Source of the DNA: Dehalococcoidia bacterium
Lineage (GTDB): Bacteria; Chloroflexota; Dehalococcoidia; JAUQQI01
NCBI GenBank assembly: GCA_034432015.1
Contig: DAOUCL010000043.1
Location: 1-61,867, forward strand
DNA length: 61,867 nucleotides
Direction of reading: 5' to 3'
Shown: in pieces, positions 1 through 8,396 of the stretch
How positions within the stretch are numbered: the stretch's first letter is position 1
Layout: every line of letters starts with the position of its first letter
Made by a program: the position numbers and the translations under genes
The notes under the pieces: generated by a model
The model's input: only the letters and a program-made list of their open reading frames with translations
What the model was told of the DNA's origin: nothing
Databases searched by the model: none

Positions 1-1106
1 TGCTTACGGCCGGTTTTGCCTCGCCCTGGAACTGGATTTACAAGGCGGACATCATCGAGAAGGACCCCCGCTGGTACGAGAAGAACGTTTTGGGAACCGG
101 GGCTTTTAAGTTCGTCGAGTATCTCCCAGGCTCACAAGTGGTGGGAAGAAAGAACGAAAACTACTTCATCCAGGGCAGGCCCTACTTAGACGGCTTCCGG
201 GCTGTCTTTATGACCGACCGGGCGGCCATCGTGGCCGCGGTCCGGGGCGGACAGGTGGTGACCAATTTTCGGGGATTTACGCCCCAGGAGCGGGACGACT
301 TGGTCCGGGCCCTGGGGGATAAGGTCGTGGTCCAGGAGAGCCCGTGGGTCGCCATGCTTCCCATGGTCATTAACAACGAAAAGCCGCCTTTTAACGACCC
401 GAGGGTTCGGCGGGCCATCACTTTGGCCATTGACCGCTGGGGCGGGGCCCAGCATCTGTCCCAGTTCACCTTTATGCGGTGGGTGGGCGGATTGGTGCGG
501 CCGGGCGGCCCCTTTGCCATGCCCGACTCGGAGCTGGAGAAGATTCCCGGCTACTGGCGGGACGTAAACAAGAGCCGGGAGGAGGCCCGCAGGCTCCTGC
601 GGGAAGCCGGGGTTCCCGAGGGATTCTCTTTTGTTTTAAAAAACCGCAACATCGAACCTTACCCCTCCCTCGGGGTATTTCTCATCGACCAGTGGCGGCA
701 GGTGGGGCTCAGGGTGGAGCACCAGCTTCTGGAGACCGGCCCCTGGACCCAGGACCTGCGGTCGGGCAACTTCGATGTGACCCTTTACTCTTACCCGGGG
801 GATGATGACCCGGACGTGTTGCTCTTGCTCTTTCTATCCCCGGAGAAAAGTCCCTCCAATTACGCCCGCTACCGGGACCCGGTCCTGGACGACCTTTACC
901 AGCGGCAGAGCCGGGAGCTGGACCCGGAAAAGCGCAAGCAGATTGTCTGGGAGTTTGAGCGGCGGGTGCTGGGGGAGATGGCCTATCAGCTTTCCACCCT
1001 CTGGTGGCACCGAATTGTTGTCCATTCGGCCAAACTTAAAGGCTGGCGAATCACCCCGACCCACTTTGTCAACCAGGACCTGGTCGACGTCTGGCTGGCC
1101 GGGTGA
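1..1106 (+). CDS. ABC transporter substrate-binding protein, family 5 (DppA/OppA-like), 5'-truncated by the window edge
   Basis: Frame 3 is open from base 3. The listed ORF start (90) is an internal TTG inside the family-5 motif NVLGTGAFKF. Size and sequence are typical of SBP_bac_5. Confidence 0.8.
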   Translation, partial: LTAGFASPWNWIYKADIIEKDPRWYEKNVLGTGAFKFVEYLPGSQVVGRKNENYFIQGRPYLDGFRAVFMTDRAAIVAAVRGGQVVTNFRGFTPQERDDLVRALGDKVVVQESPWVAMLPMVINNEKPPFNDPRVRRAITLAIDRWGGAQHLSQFTFMRWVGGLVRPGGPFAMPDSELEKIPGYWRDVNKSREEARRLLREAGVPEGFSFVLKNRNIEPYPSLGVFLIDQWRQVGLRVEHQLLETGPWTQDLRSGNFDVTLYSYPGDDDPDVLLLLFLSPEKSPSNYARYRDPVLDDLYQRQSRELDPEKRKQIVWEFERRVLGEMAYQLSTLWWHRIVVHSAKLKGWRITPTHFVNQDLVDVWLAG

Positions 1107-1148
1107 CCCGGCCCGCCCTGGGGCTGGGCCGCGGACGTCCGGCGGAAA

Positions 1149-1177
1149 TTGACAACCCTGGGCGGGCATGGTATTAT
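1149..1177 (+). promoter_or_regulatory. sigma-70-type promoter of the thiamin-salvage operon
   Basis: TTGACA (1149-1154), an exact 17-nt spacer, then TATTAT (1172-1177), directly upstream of the THI-box. Confidence 0.6.
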
Positions 1178-1189
1178 CGGGCGACAACT

Positions 1190-1290
1190 GAATAGGCCGC
1201 GGGAGCTTGGGTTAGCCAGGCTGAGAGGGTGACCGCACACGTCACCGACCGCCAGAACCTGACCCGGGTAATGCCGGCGTAGGGAGAATC
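1190..1290 (+). promoter_or_regulatory. TPP (THI-box) riboswitch aptamer; boundaries approximate
   Basis: Contains the conserved cores CUGAGAG and GAACCUGACCCGGGUAAUGCCGGCGUAGGGAG. The consensus is CUGAGA ... ACCUGAUCUGGAUAAUGCCAGCGUAGGGAA. It sits upstream of tenA. Confidence 0.85.
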
Positions 1291-1306
1291 TGGTAGTCAA
1301 AGCGTC

Positions 1307-1347
1307 GGGCCACAGGCCCCTCCGGCCTGTGGCCCTAACCTTTTCGG
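1307..1347 (+). terminator. riboswitch expression-platform hairpin / intrinsic terminator
   Basis: A 12-bp perfect stem GGGCCACAGGCC / GGCCUGUGGCCC with a CCUCC loop (anti-SD-like), followed by UAACCUUUUC. It lies just 5' of the GGGGAGG RBS of tenA. Confidence 0.6.
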
Positions 1348-1355
1348 GGAGGAAA

Positions 1356-2030
1356 ATGATGGCCGGAAAGTTTACCGCCGAGCTCTGGGAAAGCATCACC
1401 CCCATCTTCCGGGCAATCCTCGAGCACCCTTTTATTCAAGGTCTAACCGACGGCTCGTTGCCCGAAGCCGCCTTCAAGTTTTACGTGGTTCAGGATGCCC
1501 TCTATTTAAAAGACTTTGCCCGCTCGCTGGCCGTCGCCTCGGCCAAATCCCCCCGGGACCCCTGGTGCGAGATGTTCGCCGACCACGCCAAAACCGCCCT
1601 GGTCGTCGAACGGGCCCTGCACGAAAGCTTCTTTAAGGACTGGGGCCTCGCCCCCGAGCAGGTGGAGCAGACCCCGATGGCCCCCACCAACCTGGCTTAT
1701 ACGTCCTACCTTTTGCGGGTTGCCTACGCCGCCCCCTTCGAGGAACTGCTCGGGGCCCTCCTGCCCTGCTACTGGATTTACTGGGAGGTGGGAAAGGCCC
1801 TGGAGGCCAAAGGGTCCCCTAATCCCCTTTACCGGCGCTGGATTGAAACATACGCTTCGGAGCAGTATGCCGGCGTGGTCCGCCAGGTCCTTGAGGCGGC
1901 CGATGCGGCGACGGCCGACCTGCCCGAAAGCCGCCGGGCTCCCATCCGCCGCCACTTTATAACCACCAGCCGCTACGAGTGGATGTTCTGGGACGCCGCC
2001 TACCGGCTTGAAGGCTGGCCGGTTGGCTGA
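1356..2030 (+). CDS. tenA: thiaminase II / aminopyrimidine aminohydrolase (TenA_C type)
   Basis: FTAELWESITPIF..HPFIQGL.DG.LP...F..YVVQD..YL is TenA-like. The LLPCYWIY segment contains the TenA_C catalytic-type Cys. ATG 1356 follows the GGGGAGG RBS; the listed start 1329 lies inside the terminator hairpin. Confidence 0.85.
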   Translation: MMAGKFTAELWESITPIFRAILEHPFIQGLTDGSLPEAAFKFYVVQDALYLKDFARSLAVASAKSPRDPWCEMFADHAKTALVVERALHESFFKDWGLAPEQVEQTPMAPTNLAYTSYLLRVAYAAPFEELLGALLPCYWIYWEVGKALEAKGSPNPLYRRWIETYASEQYAGVVRQVLEAADAATADLPESRRAPIRRHFITTSRYEWMFWDAAYRLEGWPVG

Positions 2031-2049
2031 TTCCCCGGGAGGTGCGCCC

Positions 2050-2724
2050 ATGACCCAGGATGCCGCCCAGCTTATTCGGGAGATAAAGGGCCAGACCCGG
2101 GCCCTCGACGACCGGATTCTAAACCACCCTTACCTGGCCCGGCTGGAGGAGGGCCGGATTCCCCGGGAGAACCTGGCCGCCTTTGCCGGCCAGCAGTATC
2201 ACATCATCACCAGCGACCTGGCAAGCTTCGGGCGGGTGCTGGCCCGGCACGCCGCCCTGCCCAGCCGGGGCTTTTTTATAAACCTGATCCGGGCCGAAGC
2301 GGCCGCCTTAGAGGCCCTCTTTAAGTTCGCCGGGGCCCTGGGATTGGGTCCGACCGAGCTGGAGGCTTTCGACCCCATCCCCGGCGGCCACGCCTACACC
2401 GCCTTTGTGACCTGGCTCTCCTTCCACGGTAGCGACGCCGAGGTGGCGGCCGCCTTTCTGGTCAACCTGCCGACCTGGGGGGCCAACTGCGGCCGGATGA
2501 GCCGGGCCCTCCGGGAGACTTACGGCTTCAGCCCCGAACAGGTGGCCTTCTTCGACCTTTTTGCCCGGCCCGACCCGGCCTTCGAGGCGGAGGCCCTGGG
2601 GGTGGTCCAGGCCGGCCTCGAGCGGGGCGTAAACCCCGCCCGCATCGCCCGGGCCGCCCGGTTGCTTCAGGCTTACGAATTAACGTATTGGGACGCCATG
2701 TACCAGGCGGCCGGCCTGGGCTAG
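2050..2724 (+). CDS. TenA/THI-4/PqqC (heme-oxygenase-like) family protein, second paralog
   Basis: HPYLARLEEGRIPRENLAAFAGQQYHI matches the TenA-like fold pattern but lacks the PCYW Cys motif. ATG 2050 sits behind a GGGAGG RBS. Probably co-transcribed with tenA. Confidence 0.65.
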   Translation: MTQDAAQLIREIKGQTRALDDRILNHPYLARLEEGRIPRENLAAFAGQQYHIITSDLASFGRVLARHAALPSRGFFINLIRAEAAALEALFKFAGALGLGPTELEAFDPIPGGHAYTAFVTWLSFHGSDAEVAAAFLVNLPTWGANCGRMSRALRETYGFSPEQVAFFDLFARPDPAFEAEALGVVQAGLERGVNPARIARAARLLQAYELTYWDAMYQAAGLG

Positions 2725-2795
2725 GAAAAATTTTTGCGGCCCCACCTTTGGGCGGGGTAAAATGGGCCGAAAGCGCTTTCGGCGGAGGGCGGAAA

Positions 2796-3221
2796 ATGGG
2801 GGTGACCTTCATCCGGGACGGCCTTTCCGGCCTGGTCGGGGCCCTGGTTATGGTGGGCCTCTGGCATGTGCCCCGCCTTTGGAATGAGGAGGGCCTCGAC
2901 CTGAGCCGGGTAATCGTAACGAAATTTCTGGGCTTCCACGCCAACTCCTATTCCCGGCTGGGGCTGGCCGCCCACCTCCTTGTGGGCTTCGTGCCGGGGG
3001 TGATTTACGGCAGCCTCTTCCACCCGCTTCCCAGGTCGCTAGAAATCCTCAACGGCCTCCTTTACGGCCTTATTCTCTGGCTCGTTTTGATGGTAGTAGT
3101 CCTGCCGGCCGTGGGGGAGGGCTATTTTGGGGTCAAGCTCGGCCGCACCGCCCGCATCTCCAGCCTCCTATCCCACCTGGTATACGGCCTCATCCTCGCC
3201 GGGGTCTACGTCCTCTGGTGA
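2796..3221 (+). CDS. small polytopic membrane protein (about 141 aa, about 4 TM), function unknown
   Basis: Hydrophobic segments throughout. ATG 2796 sits behind a [15 protein letters not shown]. It is the last gene of the riboswitch-controlled unit. Confidence 0.6.
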   Translation: MGVTFIRDGLSGLVGALVMVGLWHVPRLWNEEGLDLSRVIVTKFLGFHANSYSRLGLAAHLLVGFVPGVIYGSLFHPLPRSLEILNGLLYGLILWLVLMVVVLPAVGEGYFGVKLGRTARISSLLSHLVYGLILAGVYVLW

Positions 3222-3230
3222 CCGCCGCCT

Positions 3231-3866
3231 TCAGCCCAGACAGACCCGCCTGGGGTGGACCCGCAGGTGCTCGGCCGTAACGATGGCCTCGAACTGGGCG
3301 GCCGCCTCTTCCAGTCGGCCCGGGTAGTTGATGATTAAATAGTCAAACAAAGGCAGGGATTCCAGCTCTTCCCGAACCTTGGCCAGCCGCCGCTCCAGCT
3401 CGGCCGGGGATTCCGTCCGGCGGGCCGAAAGCCGCCGGATAAGCTCCTCCTCGGAAGGTGGGGCTAAAAACACCAGGACGGCCTCGGGGCAGAGCCGGCG
3501 GACGGTCCGGGCGCCCTGGACGTCGACCCGGAGCAGGACGTCCTTTCCCCGGGCCAGGGCCTGCCGGATGGGTTCCTTGGGGGTGCCGTACCAGTGGCCG
3601 TAAACCTCGGCGTATTCTAAAAGCTCCCCCGCCGCCCGCATTCTTTCGAACTCTTGGGGGGCGACGAAGATATAATCCCGGCCGGGCACCTCCCCGGGCC
3701 GGGGGGGACGGGTGGTGGCGGTGACGACCCGGACGACGTCCAGCCCCCGGCGCTCCAGGCACCCGATGAGGCTGTCTTTGCCCGACCCGGACGGCCCGGA
3801 AAGCACCAGCAGGAGGGGCGTCGTCTGCCGCCGGAGGAGGGGACCGTCCGCCGTCCGCCCACCCAT
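3231..3866 (-). CDS. gmk: guanylate kinase
   Basis: P-loop LSGPSGSGKDS plus TTRPPRPGEVPGRDYIFV. The start ATG overlaps the aroA stop (TGATG). Confidence 0.9.
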   Translation of the reverse strand: MGGRTADGPLLRRQTTPLLLVLSGPSGSGKDSLIGCLERRGLDVVRVVTATTRPPRPGEVPGRDYIFVAPQEFERMRAAGELLEYAEVYGHWYGTPKEPIRQALARGKDVLLRVDVQGARTVRRLCPEAVLVFLAPPSEEELIRRLSARRTESPAELERRLAKVREELESLPLFDYLIINYPGRLEEAAAQFEAIVTAEHLRVHPRRVCLG

Positions 3867-5203
3867 CAGGCCGGCAGGAGCCGGGCGACGGGCCCGGCAA
3901 CCTCCTCCAAAGTCTGCCAGAAGGCGGGGTAAGAGACGCCCACCGCCTCGGCCCCGAGGATTCGGGTCTCGCCCACAGCTACCAGGCCGGCCACCGCCCA
4001 GGCCATCGCCAGTCGGTGGTCGCCCATGGCGTCAAGCTCGGCCCCGGCCAGCCGGGCCGGTCCCGTAATTATAAGCCCATCGGGCCGTTCGCCGACGACG
4101 GCCCCTAGCCGACCCAGGCCCAGGGCGACTCCGGCCAGCCGGTCGCTCTCCTTAACCCGCAGTTCGGCCGCGTCCCGGATTGTGGTTGTGCCCTCGGCAA
4201 AGCAGGCCACCAGGGCCACCAGGGGCACCTCGTCGATGAGCCGGGGAAGCAGGCTTCCCCCCACCTCGGCCGCCTTCAACCTGGAGGACCGGGCGGTCAC
4301 GGTGCCGACAGGCTCCCCGGCGGCCTGCCCGGTAACCCTAGCCTCGATATCGGCCCCCATCAGCCGAAGGACGTCGAGGAAGCCGGTGCGGGTCGGGTTT
4401 AACCCGACCCCTTCAACGGTTACCTCCGCCTCGGGGTGGATGACGGCGGCGGCCAGCCAGAAGGCGGCCGAGCTGAAGTCGCCCGGCACCCGGGCCTTGA
4501 TGGCCGGAAGGCTCCTGGGGGGAGTTATCCGGACGGCGAATCCGCCCTCCGGCTCAGCCCAGGTCTCCACGTGGACCCCAAGCCCTTTAAGCAGGCGTTC
4601 GGTGTGGTCCCGGGAGGGGACGGGCTCGATTACCGTCGTGGGCCCGTCGGCATAGAGCCCGGCCAGCAGCACCGCCGATTTTACCTGGGCGCTGGCCACC
4701 GGCGACCGGTAGGTTATGGGCCGCAGGTCCCCGCCCCGAATGGCCAGGGGGGCCAGGCGGTCCCCGGCCCGGCCCATAACCTGGGCCCCCATCTCCCGGA
4801 GGGGCCGGATGATGCGGTCCATGGGCCGCCGGCGCAAAGACTCGTCCCCGGTGAGGACGCTCAAAAACGGCTGACCGGCGAGGATGCCGGCCAGCAGCCG
4901 GATGGTGGTCCCGCTGTTGCCGGCGTCCAGGACGTCGGCGGGCTCGGTGAGGCCCCGCAGCCCCCGGCCCCGAATCCGGAGGCGGCCCCCGGCCAGCTCG
5001 GCCGAAATGCCAAGGCCGTTAAGGCAGGCCAGGGTCGCAAGGCAGTCGGCAGCCTCTAAAAAGCTTTCGATTTCGGAGTCCCCTTCGGCCAGGGCCGCCA
5101 GCATACCCAGCCGGTGGGAAAGGGACTTGTCGCCGGGGACCCGAACCCGGCCGGAAAGCCTCGGGGCCGGTCCCCGAATGACCGCCACCTGACGGGGAGG
5201 CAT
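3866..5203 (-). CDS. aroA: 3-phosphoshikimate 1-carboxyvinyltransferase (EPSP synthase)
   Basis: VRVPGDKSLSHRLGMLAALAEG and LRVKESDR motifs. The start is trimmed to ATG 5203 (MPPRQVAV...), just after the tyrA stop at 5208. Confidence 0.9.
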   Translation of the reverse strand: MPPRQVAVIRGPAPRLSGRVRVPGDKSLSHRLGMLAALAEGDSEIESFLEAADCLATLACLNGLGISAELAGGRLRIRGRGLRGLTEPADVLDAGNSGTTIRLLAGILAGQPFLSVLTGDESLRRRPMDRIIRPLREMGAQVMGRAGDRLAPLAIRGGDLRPITYRSPVASAQVKSAVLLAGLYADGPTTVIEPVPSRDHTERLLKGLGVHVETWAEPEGGFAVRITPPRSLPAIKARVPGDFSSAAFWLAAAVIHPEAEVTVEGVGLNPTRTGFLDVLRLMGADIEARVTGQAAGEPVGTVTARSSRLKAAEVGGSLLPRLIDEVPLVALVACFAEGTTTIRDAAELRVKESDRLAGVALGLGRLGAVVGERPDGLIITGPARLAGAELDAMGDHRLAMAWAVAGLVAVGETRILGAEAVGVSYPAFWQTLEEVAGPVARLLPA

Positions 5204-5207
5204 CAGG

Positions 5208-6215
5208 CTAGCCAGACTTGGATTTCTTGCCGTTCTCGTCGGGTTTGGGGGGCCGCAGGGCCTCCTGGGAGGCCCGGGCCAGGCGCTCACCGAAGAGGAA
5301 AGACATCATGCTTTCGCCCATGCCGGGCACCCGCGGCCCGGGCTCGACCCCCACCGTTCGGGGCGACCTCAGCCACCGCTCCCGGGCGGCGTGGGTCCGT
5401 TCGAACTCTTCTCCCAGGGCCGGACCGCCCTCGGCAATGAGGGCCCGGTAGCGCTTAAGCTCTTCGATAAAGAGGTCAATCCAGCGGATTATGCTTTCCC
5501 GGTTGGTGAGCATGATGTCCCGGTTCATCACCGGGTCGCCTGAGGCCAGCCGAGTAAGGTCCCGGTAGGCGGAGGCGGCCACCTTAGCCATCTCCCGCCA
5601 GGCCGGGCTCCGGGTGGTGCTGGCCACCAGGGCCGAGGAGATAACGATGGGCAGGTGACTTACGGCCGCAACGAAGCTGTCGTGTTCGGCGGCATCCACA
5701 AAGTAAGGTTCGGCCCCGAGGAGGCTTACCAGGTTGACCACCGTATCTACCGCCCGCTCCGACGCCCTCACCGAGGGCACCACGCAGTAGACCGCACCCT
5801 TAAAAAGGTCGGGGTCGGCGGCATCGGGGCCGGAAAGCTCCTTGCCGGCCATGGGGTGGCCCCCGACGAAGTGGACCGTTTCGGGCAGAAGCTCGTCGGC
5901 CCAACGCAGGACCTCGGCTTTGGTGGAGGCGGTGTCGGTGATGATGGCCCCCTCAGGCAGGTGGGGGGCCGTAACCTCGAAAATCTCCCGGATGGCCTTG
6001 ACCGGCACGGCGAGAACGATAAGCCCGGCCCGTTCCACCGTCCGGATCAGGTTCCACTCGGTCCGGTCGACGGCCCCCAGCTTTTTTGCCTTGGCCGCAT
6101 GCTCCGGCTCCCGGTCGTGACCGATGATTTCGACATCTTGGAGCTTGGCCCGCTTTAAGGCCAGCCCAATGGACGTTCCGATGAGGCCCGTTCCGATTAT
6201 GGCGACCCGGTTCAT
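5208..6215 (-). CDS. tyrA: prephenate dehydrogenase
   Basis: N-terminal Rossmann motif IIGTGLIGTSIGLAL, HFVGGHPMAG, and a C-terminal PDH domain. Confidence 0.85.
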   Translation of the reverse strand: MNRVAIIGTGLIGTSIGLALKRAKLQDVEIIGHDREPEHAAKAKKLGAVDRTEWNLIRTVERAGLIVLAVPVKAIREIFEVTAPHLPEGAIITDTASTKAEVLRWADELLPETVHFVGGHPMAGKELSGPDAADPDLFKGAVYCVVPSVRASERAVDTVVNLVSLLGAEPYFVDAAEHDSFVAAVSHLPIVISSALVASTTRSPAWREMAKVAASAYRDLTRLASGDPVMNRDIMLTNRESIIRWIDLFIEELKRYRALIAEGGPALGEEFERTHAARERWLRSPRTVGVEPGPRVPGMGESMMSFLFGERLARASQEALRPPKPDENGKKSKSG

Positions 6216-6231
6216 ACCTGCAACCCTCCGG

Positions 6232-6978
6232 TTAACTTAATCGACGTCCCACAACCACCTCGGTGGCCACCTGAAGGGCAGGTCCCACCAGGCGGCTGAT
6301 TATTCCGGCGTGCAAAAATACATCCAGGGCCAAGATCATAATAAGCAGGGCCGGACCCCAGGTGAATTCAAGCCTGGCCACGGCCGTAGCCAGACCCCGG
6401 GGCAGAATGCCCACCAGGATCCGGTAGCCGTCCAGGGGCGGCAGGGGAAGAAGGTTAAAAACCGCCAGCGCCAGGTTGATGACGATGGTGTAGCCGACCA
6501 CCTCGGCCAGGATAAAACGTGGGTCCCAAACGTCAAAAAGGTCCCACAGCCGCCAGAACGTCAGCACGTACCCGGGCGGGTGCCAGGGGAGCAGCCGCTC
6601 CCGGATGACCAGACCCAGCAGACCGGCCAGCAGAACGTTGCTCACCGGCCCGGCCAGGGCCACCAGGGCCATGCCGGCCCGGGGGGATATGGTCCGGAAG
6701 TTGAGGGGATTTACCGGGACGGGCTTGCCCCACCCGAAGCCGACGAAGAGGAGCATGAGGGTCCCCAGGGGGTCCAGGTGGGCCAAAGGGTTTAAAGAAA
6801 GCCGCTTTAAAAATCGCGGGGTAGGGTCGCCCAGCCGGTCGGCAACAAAGGCGTGGCTGAATTCGTGGATGGTGATCCCCACCACCAGGGAGATAATTAG
6901 GCTTAAGCCCAGGACCGGAAAGATAACCGCGAAGGCGACCGGGTCCCGAAAGAAGAGCCCAAGAAATTGAAAAATCAT
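6232..6978 (-). CDS. site-2 protease family (peptidase M50) membrane metalloprotease
   Basis: HEFSHAFVADRLGD (HExxH) in a polytopic membrane protein, plus LLPLPPLDG. Confidence 0.8.
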   Translation of the reverse strand: MIFQFLGLFFRDPVAFAVIFPVLGLSLIISLVVGITIHEFSHAFVADRLGDPTPRFLKRLSLNPLAHLDPLGTLMLLFVGFGWGKPVPVNPLNFRTISPRAGMALVALAGPVSNVLLAGLLGLVIRERLLPWHPPGYVLTFWRLWDLFDVWDPRFILAEVVGYTIVINLALAVFNLLPLPPLDGYRILVGILPRGLATAVARLEFTWGPALLIMILALDVFLHAGIISRLVGPALQVATEVVVGRRLS

Positions 6979-7039
6979 ATAATCATATGGCGGTTAAAAG
7001 GCTAAAAAGGCGCCGGGCAGCACGTTTCCGCCTAAAGCC

Positions 7040-7049
7040 ATTATACCAG
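7040..7049 (-). promoter_or_regulatory. candidate extended -10 (CTGGTATAAT) for the M50-tyrA-aroA-gmk operon
   Basis: The minus strand reads CTGGTATAAT. The same 10-mer recurs at 46645-46654. Confidence 0.35.
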
Positions 7050-7086
7050 AACGGCCGTCGGCGGCCCTGGGACGCCCTGGTCCGGT

Positions 7087-7092
7087 TATAAT
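7087..7092 (+). promoter_or_regulatory. candidate -10 box (TATAAT) immediately upstream of the ECF S-component gene
   Basis: TATAAT lies 3 nt before GTG 7096 and 15 nt before ATG 7108, with no SD. This suggests a very short or leaderless transcript starting at ATG 7108. Confidence 0.35.
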
Positions 7093-7095
7093 CTG

Positions 7096-7680
7096 GTGAC
7101 AGGGCCAATGGCTTTCCTTCGGACGTGGGAGCGGCGGCTAACGGCCGTGGCCGGGCTTTTGCCCGTGGCGGTGGCCGTCAACATCGGGGTGGGCGAGGTG
7201 GTCGCCCGCCTTCAGCTTCCCCTTTACCTGGACTCGGTGGGGACGGTGCTGGTGGCGGCCCTGGCCGGGCCCTGGACCGGGCTGGTGACGGGGGTCCTCT
7301 CGAACCTGGTCTGGGGCCTGCTCCTCCGGCCCACGGCCGCCCCCTTCGCCGTCACCGCCGCGGTTATCGGCTTGGTAAGCGGCCTTCTGGCCGGACGGGG
7401 AGTCTTCGGGGCCTGGTGGAAGGCCCTGCTGGGCGGCCTCTTTACGGGGCTGGTGGCGGCGGTGGTTTCGGCCCCCATCGCCGCCTACGTCTTCGGGGGA
7501 GTAACCGGGGGCGGCTACGACCTTATCGTCGCCCTCCTCCTGGCCGGGGGCCAGGGGCTTCTGGAGGCCGTCCTTACCCAGTCGATTCTAACCGACCTGG
7601 TAGATAAAGCCCTCACCTTTCTGATTGTTTGGGCCTTCCTTCAGAACATACCCCCCAGGTATTTTGAGCGCTTTCGTTGA
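7096..7680 (+). CDS. ECF transporter S (substrate-capture) component, substrate unknown
   Basis: About 190-aa, 5-6 TM protein directly followed by EcfT and a duplicated EcfA. The true start may be ATG 7108. Confidence 0.6.
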   Translation: MTGPMAFLRTWERRLTAVAGLLPVAVAVNIGVGEVVARLQLPLYLDSVGTVLVAALAGPWTGLVTGVLSNLVWGLLLRPTAAPFAVTAAVIGLVSGLLAGRGVFGAWWKALLGGLFTGLVAAVVSAPIAAYVFGGVTGGGYDLIVALLLAGGQGLLEAVLTQSILTDLVDKALTFLIVWAFLQNIPPRYFERFR

Positions 7681-8392
7681 TTTTAAGCCGGCCACCTGGG
7701 CCGGCATCGCCGCCGGCTTTTCTCTGGCCGCCTTCGCCTCGGAGAAACCCGCCCTCGGCGGCGGCCTCCTGGCCGCCGAGCTTGCCCTGGCGGCCGCTTC
7801 CCGGCGGTTGAGGGCCTTTCTGGCCGCCCTTCTCGCCGTTCTGGGGCCGCTGGCGGTTTCGCTCTTTATCATCCACGGGCTTCTGCATCCCGGGTCGGCC
7901 GGGGTGTCCGTGGGGCCCCTTTGGGTCCGGCCGGAAGGGCTGGCCTTCGCCGCCCGAACCCTCGTCCGGCTGGCCGACCTCAGCGGGGCCGTCCTGCTGG
8001 CAACCCTGGGCATTCCCCCGGGCCGGATTTTGCGGGACCTGGCCGACCGGGGCGTACCCCCGGCCCTGGTGTACGGCCTGGTGGCGGCGGTCCGCTTCGT
8101 GCCCGAAACCCGGGCCCGGGCCCGCCGGATTATTGCCGCCCAGCAGACCCGGGGCCTTCCCTTAGACGGCAATCCCGTTCGCCGCTTCCGGGCCCTGGGC
8201 GCCCTGGTCCGGCCCCTACTGCTTTCGGCCCTGGTGGAGGCCGAGGCCCGGGCCGTTACCCTAGAGCTTCGGGGGTTCTGGGTCCGGCCCCGGCGGCCCC
8301 CCGCCGAATCCGCGGCCGAGCGGCTCATCCGGTGGGGGACGGCGCTGGGCGGGGCGCTGGCCCTGGGCTTGGGCCGGCTGGTCTTCGGGTAA
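7625..8392 (+). CDS. energy-coupling factor transporter transmembrane (T) component, CbiQ/EcfT family
   Basis: Polytopic protein with the Arg-rich coupling region ARRIIAAQQTRG. The start is uncertain; TTG 7664 is plausible. Confidence 0.7.
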   Translation: MFGPSFRTYPPGILSAFVDFKPATWAGIAAGFSLAAFASEKPALGGGLLAAELALAAASRRLRAFLAALLAVLGPLAVSLFIIHGLLHPGSAGVSVGPLWVRPEGLAFAARTLVRLADLSGAVLLATLGIPPGRILRDLADRGVPPALVYGLVAAVRFVPETRARARRIIAAQQTRGLPLDGNPVRRFRALGALVRPLLLSALVEAEARAVTLELRGFWVRPRRPPAESAAERLIRWGTALGGALALGLGRLVFG

Positions 8393-8396
8393 GGCC

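Noticed and set aside
5204-5290. N-terminal extensions of track ORFs: aroA to 5290, CoA-transferase to 13903, cysK to 41628, desulfhydrase-family gene to 46750, dehydrogenase from 46353, tenA from 1329, TenA paralog from 2008, membrane protein from 2688.
   Set aside because: The extensions overlap upstream genes or regulatory RNA and lack family similarity. In each case an internal ATG/GTG with a good SD coincides with the start of recognisable homology.
6979-7039. A possible attenuator in the 5' UTR of the M50-tyrA-aroA-gmk operon (AGGCG...16 nt...CGCCUUUUU).
   Set aside because: It is only a 5-bp stem with a large loop, and no leader peptide or T-box/riboswitch core is recognisable.
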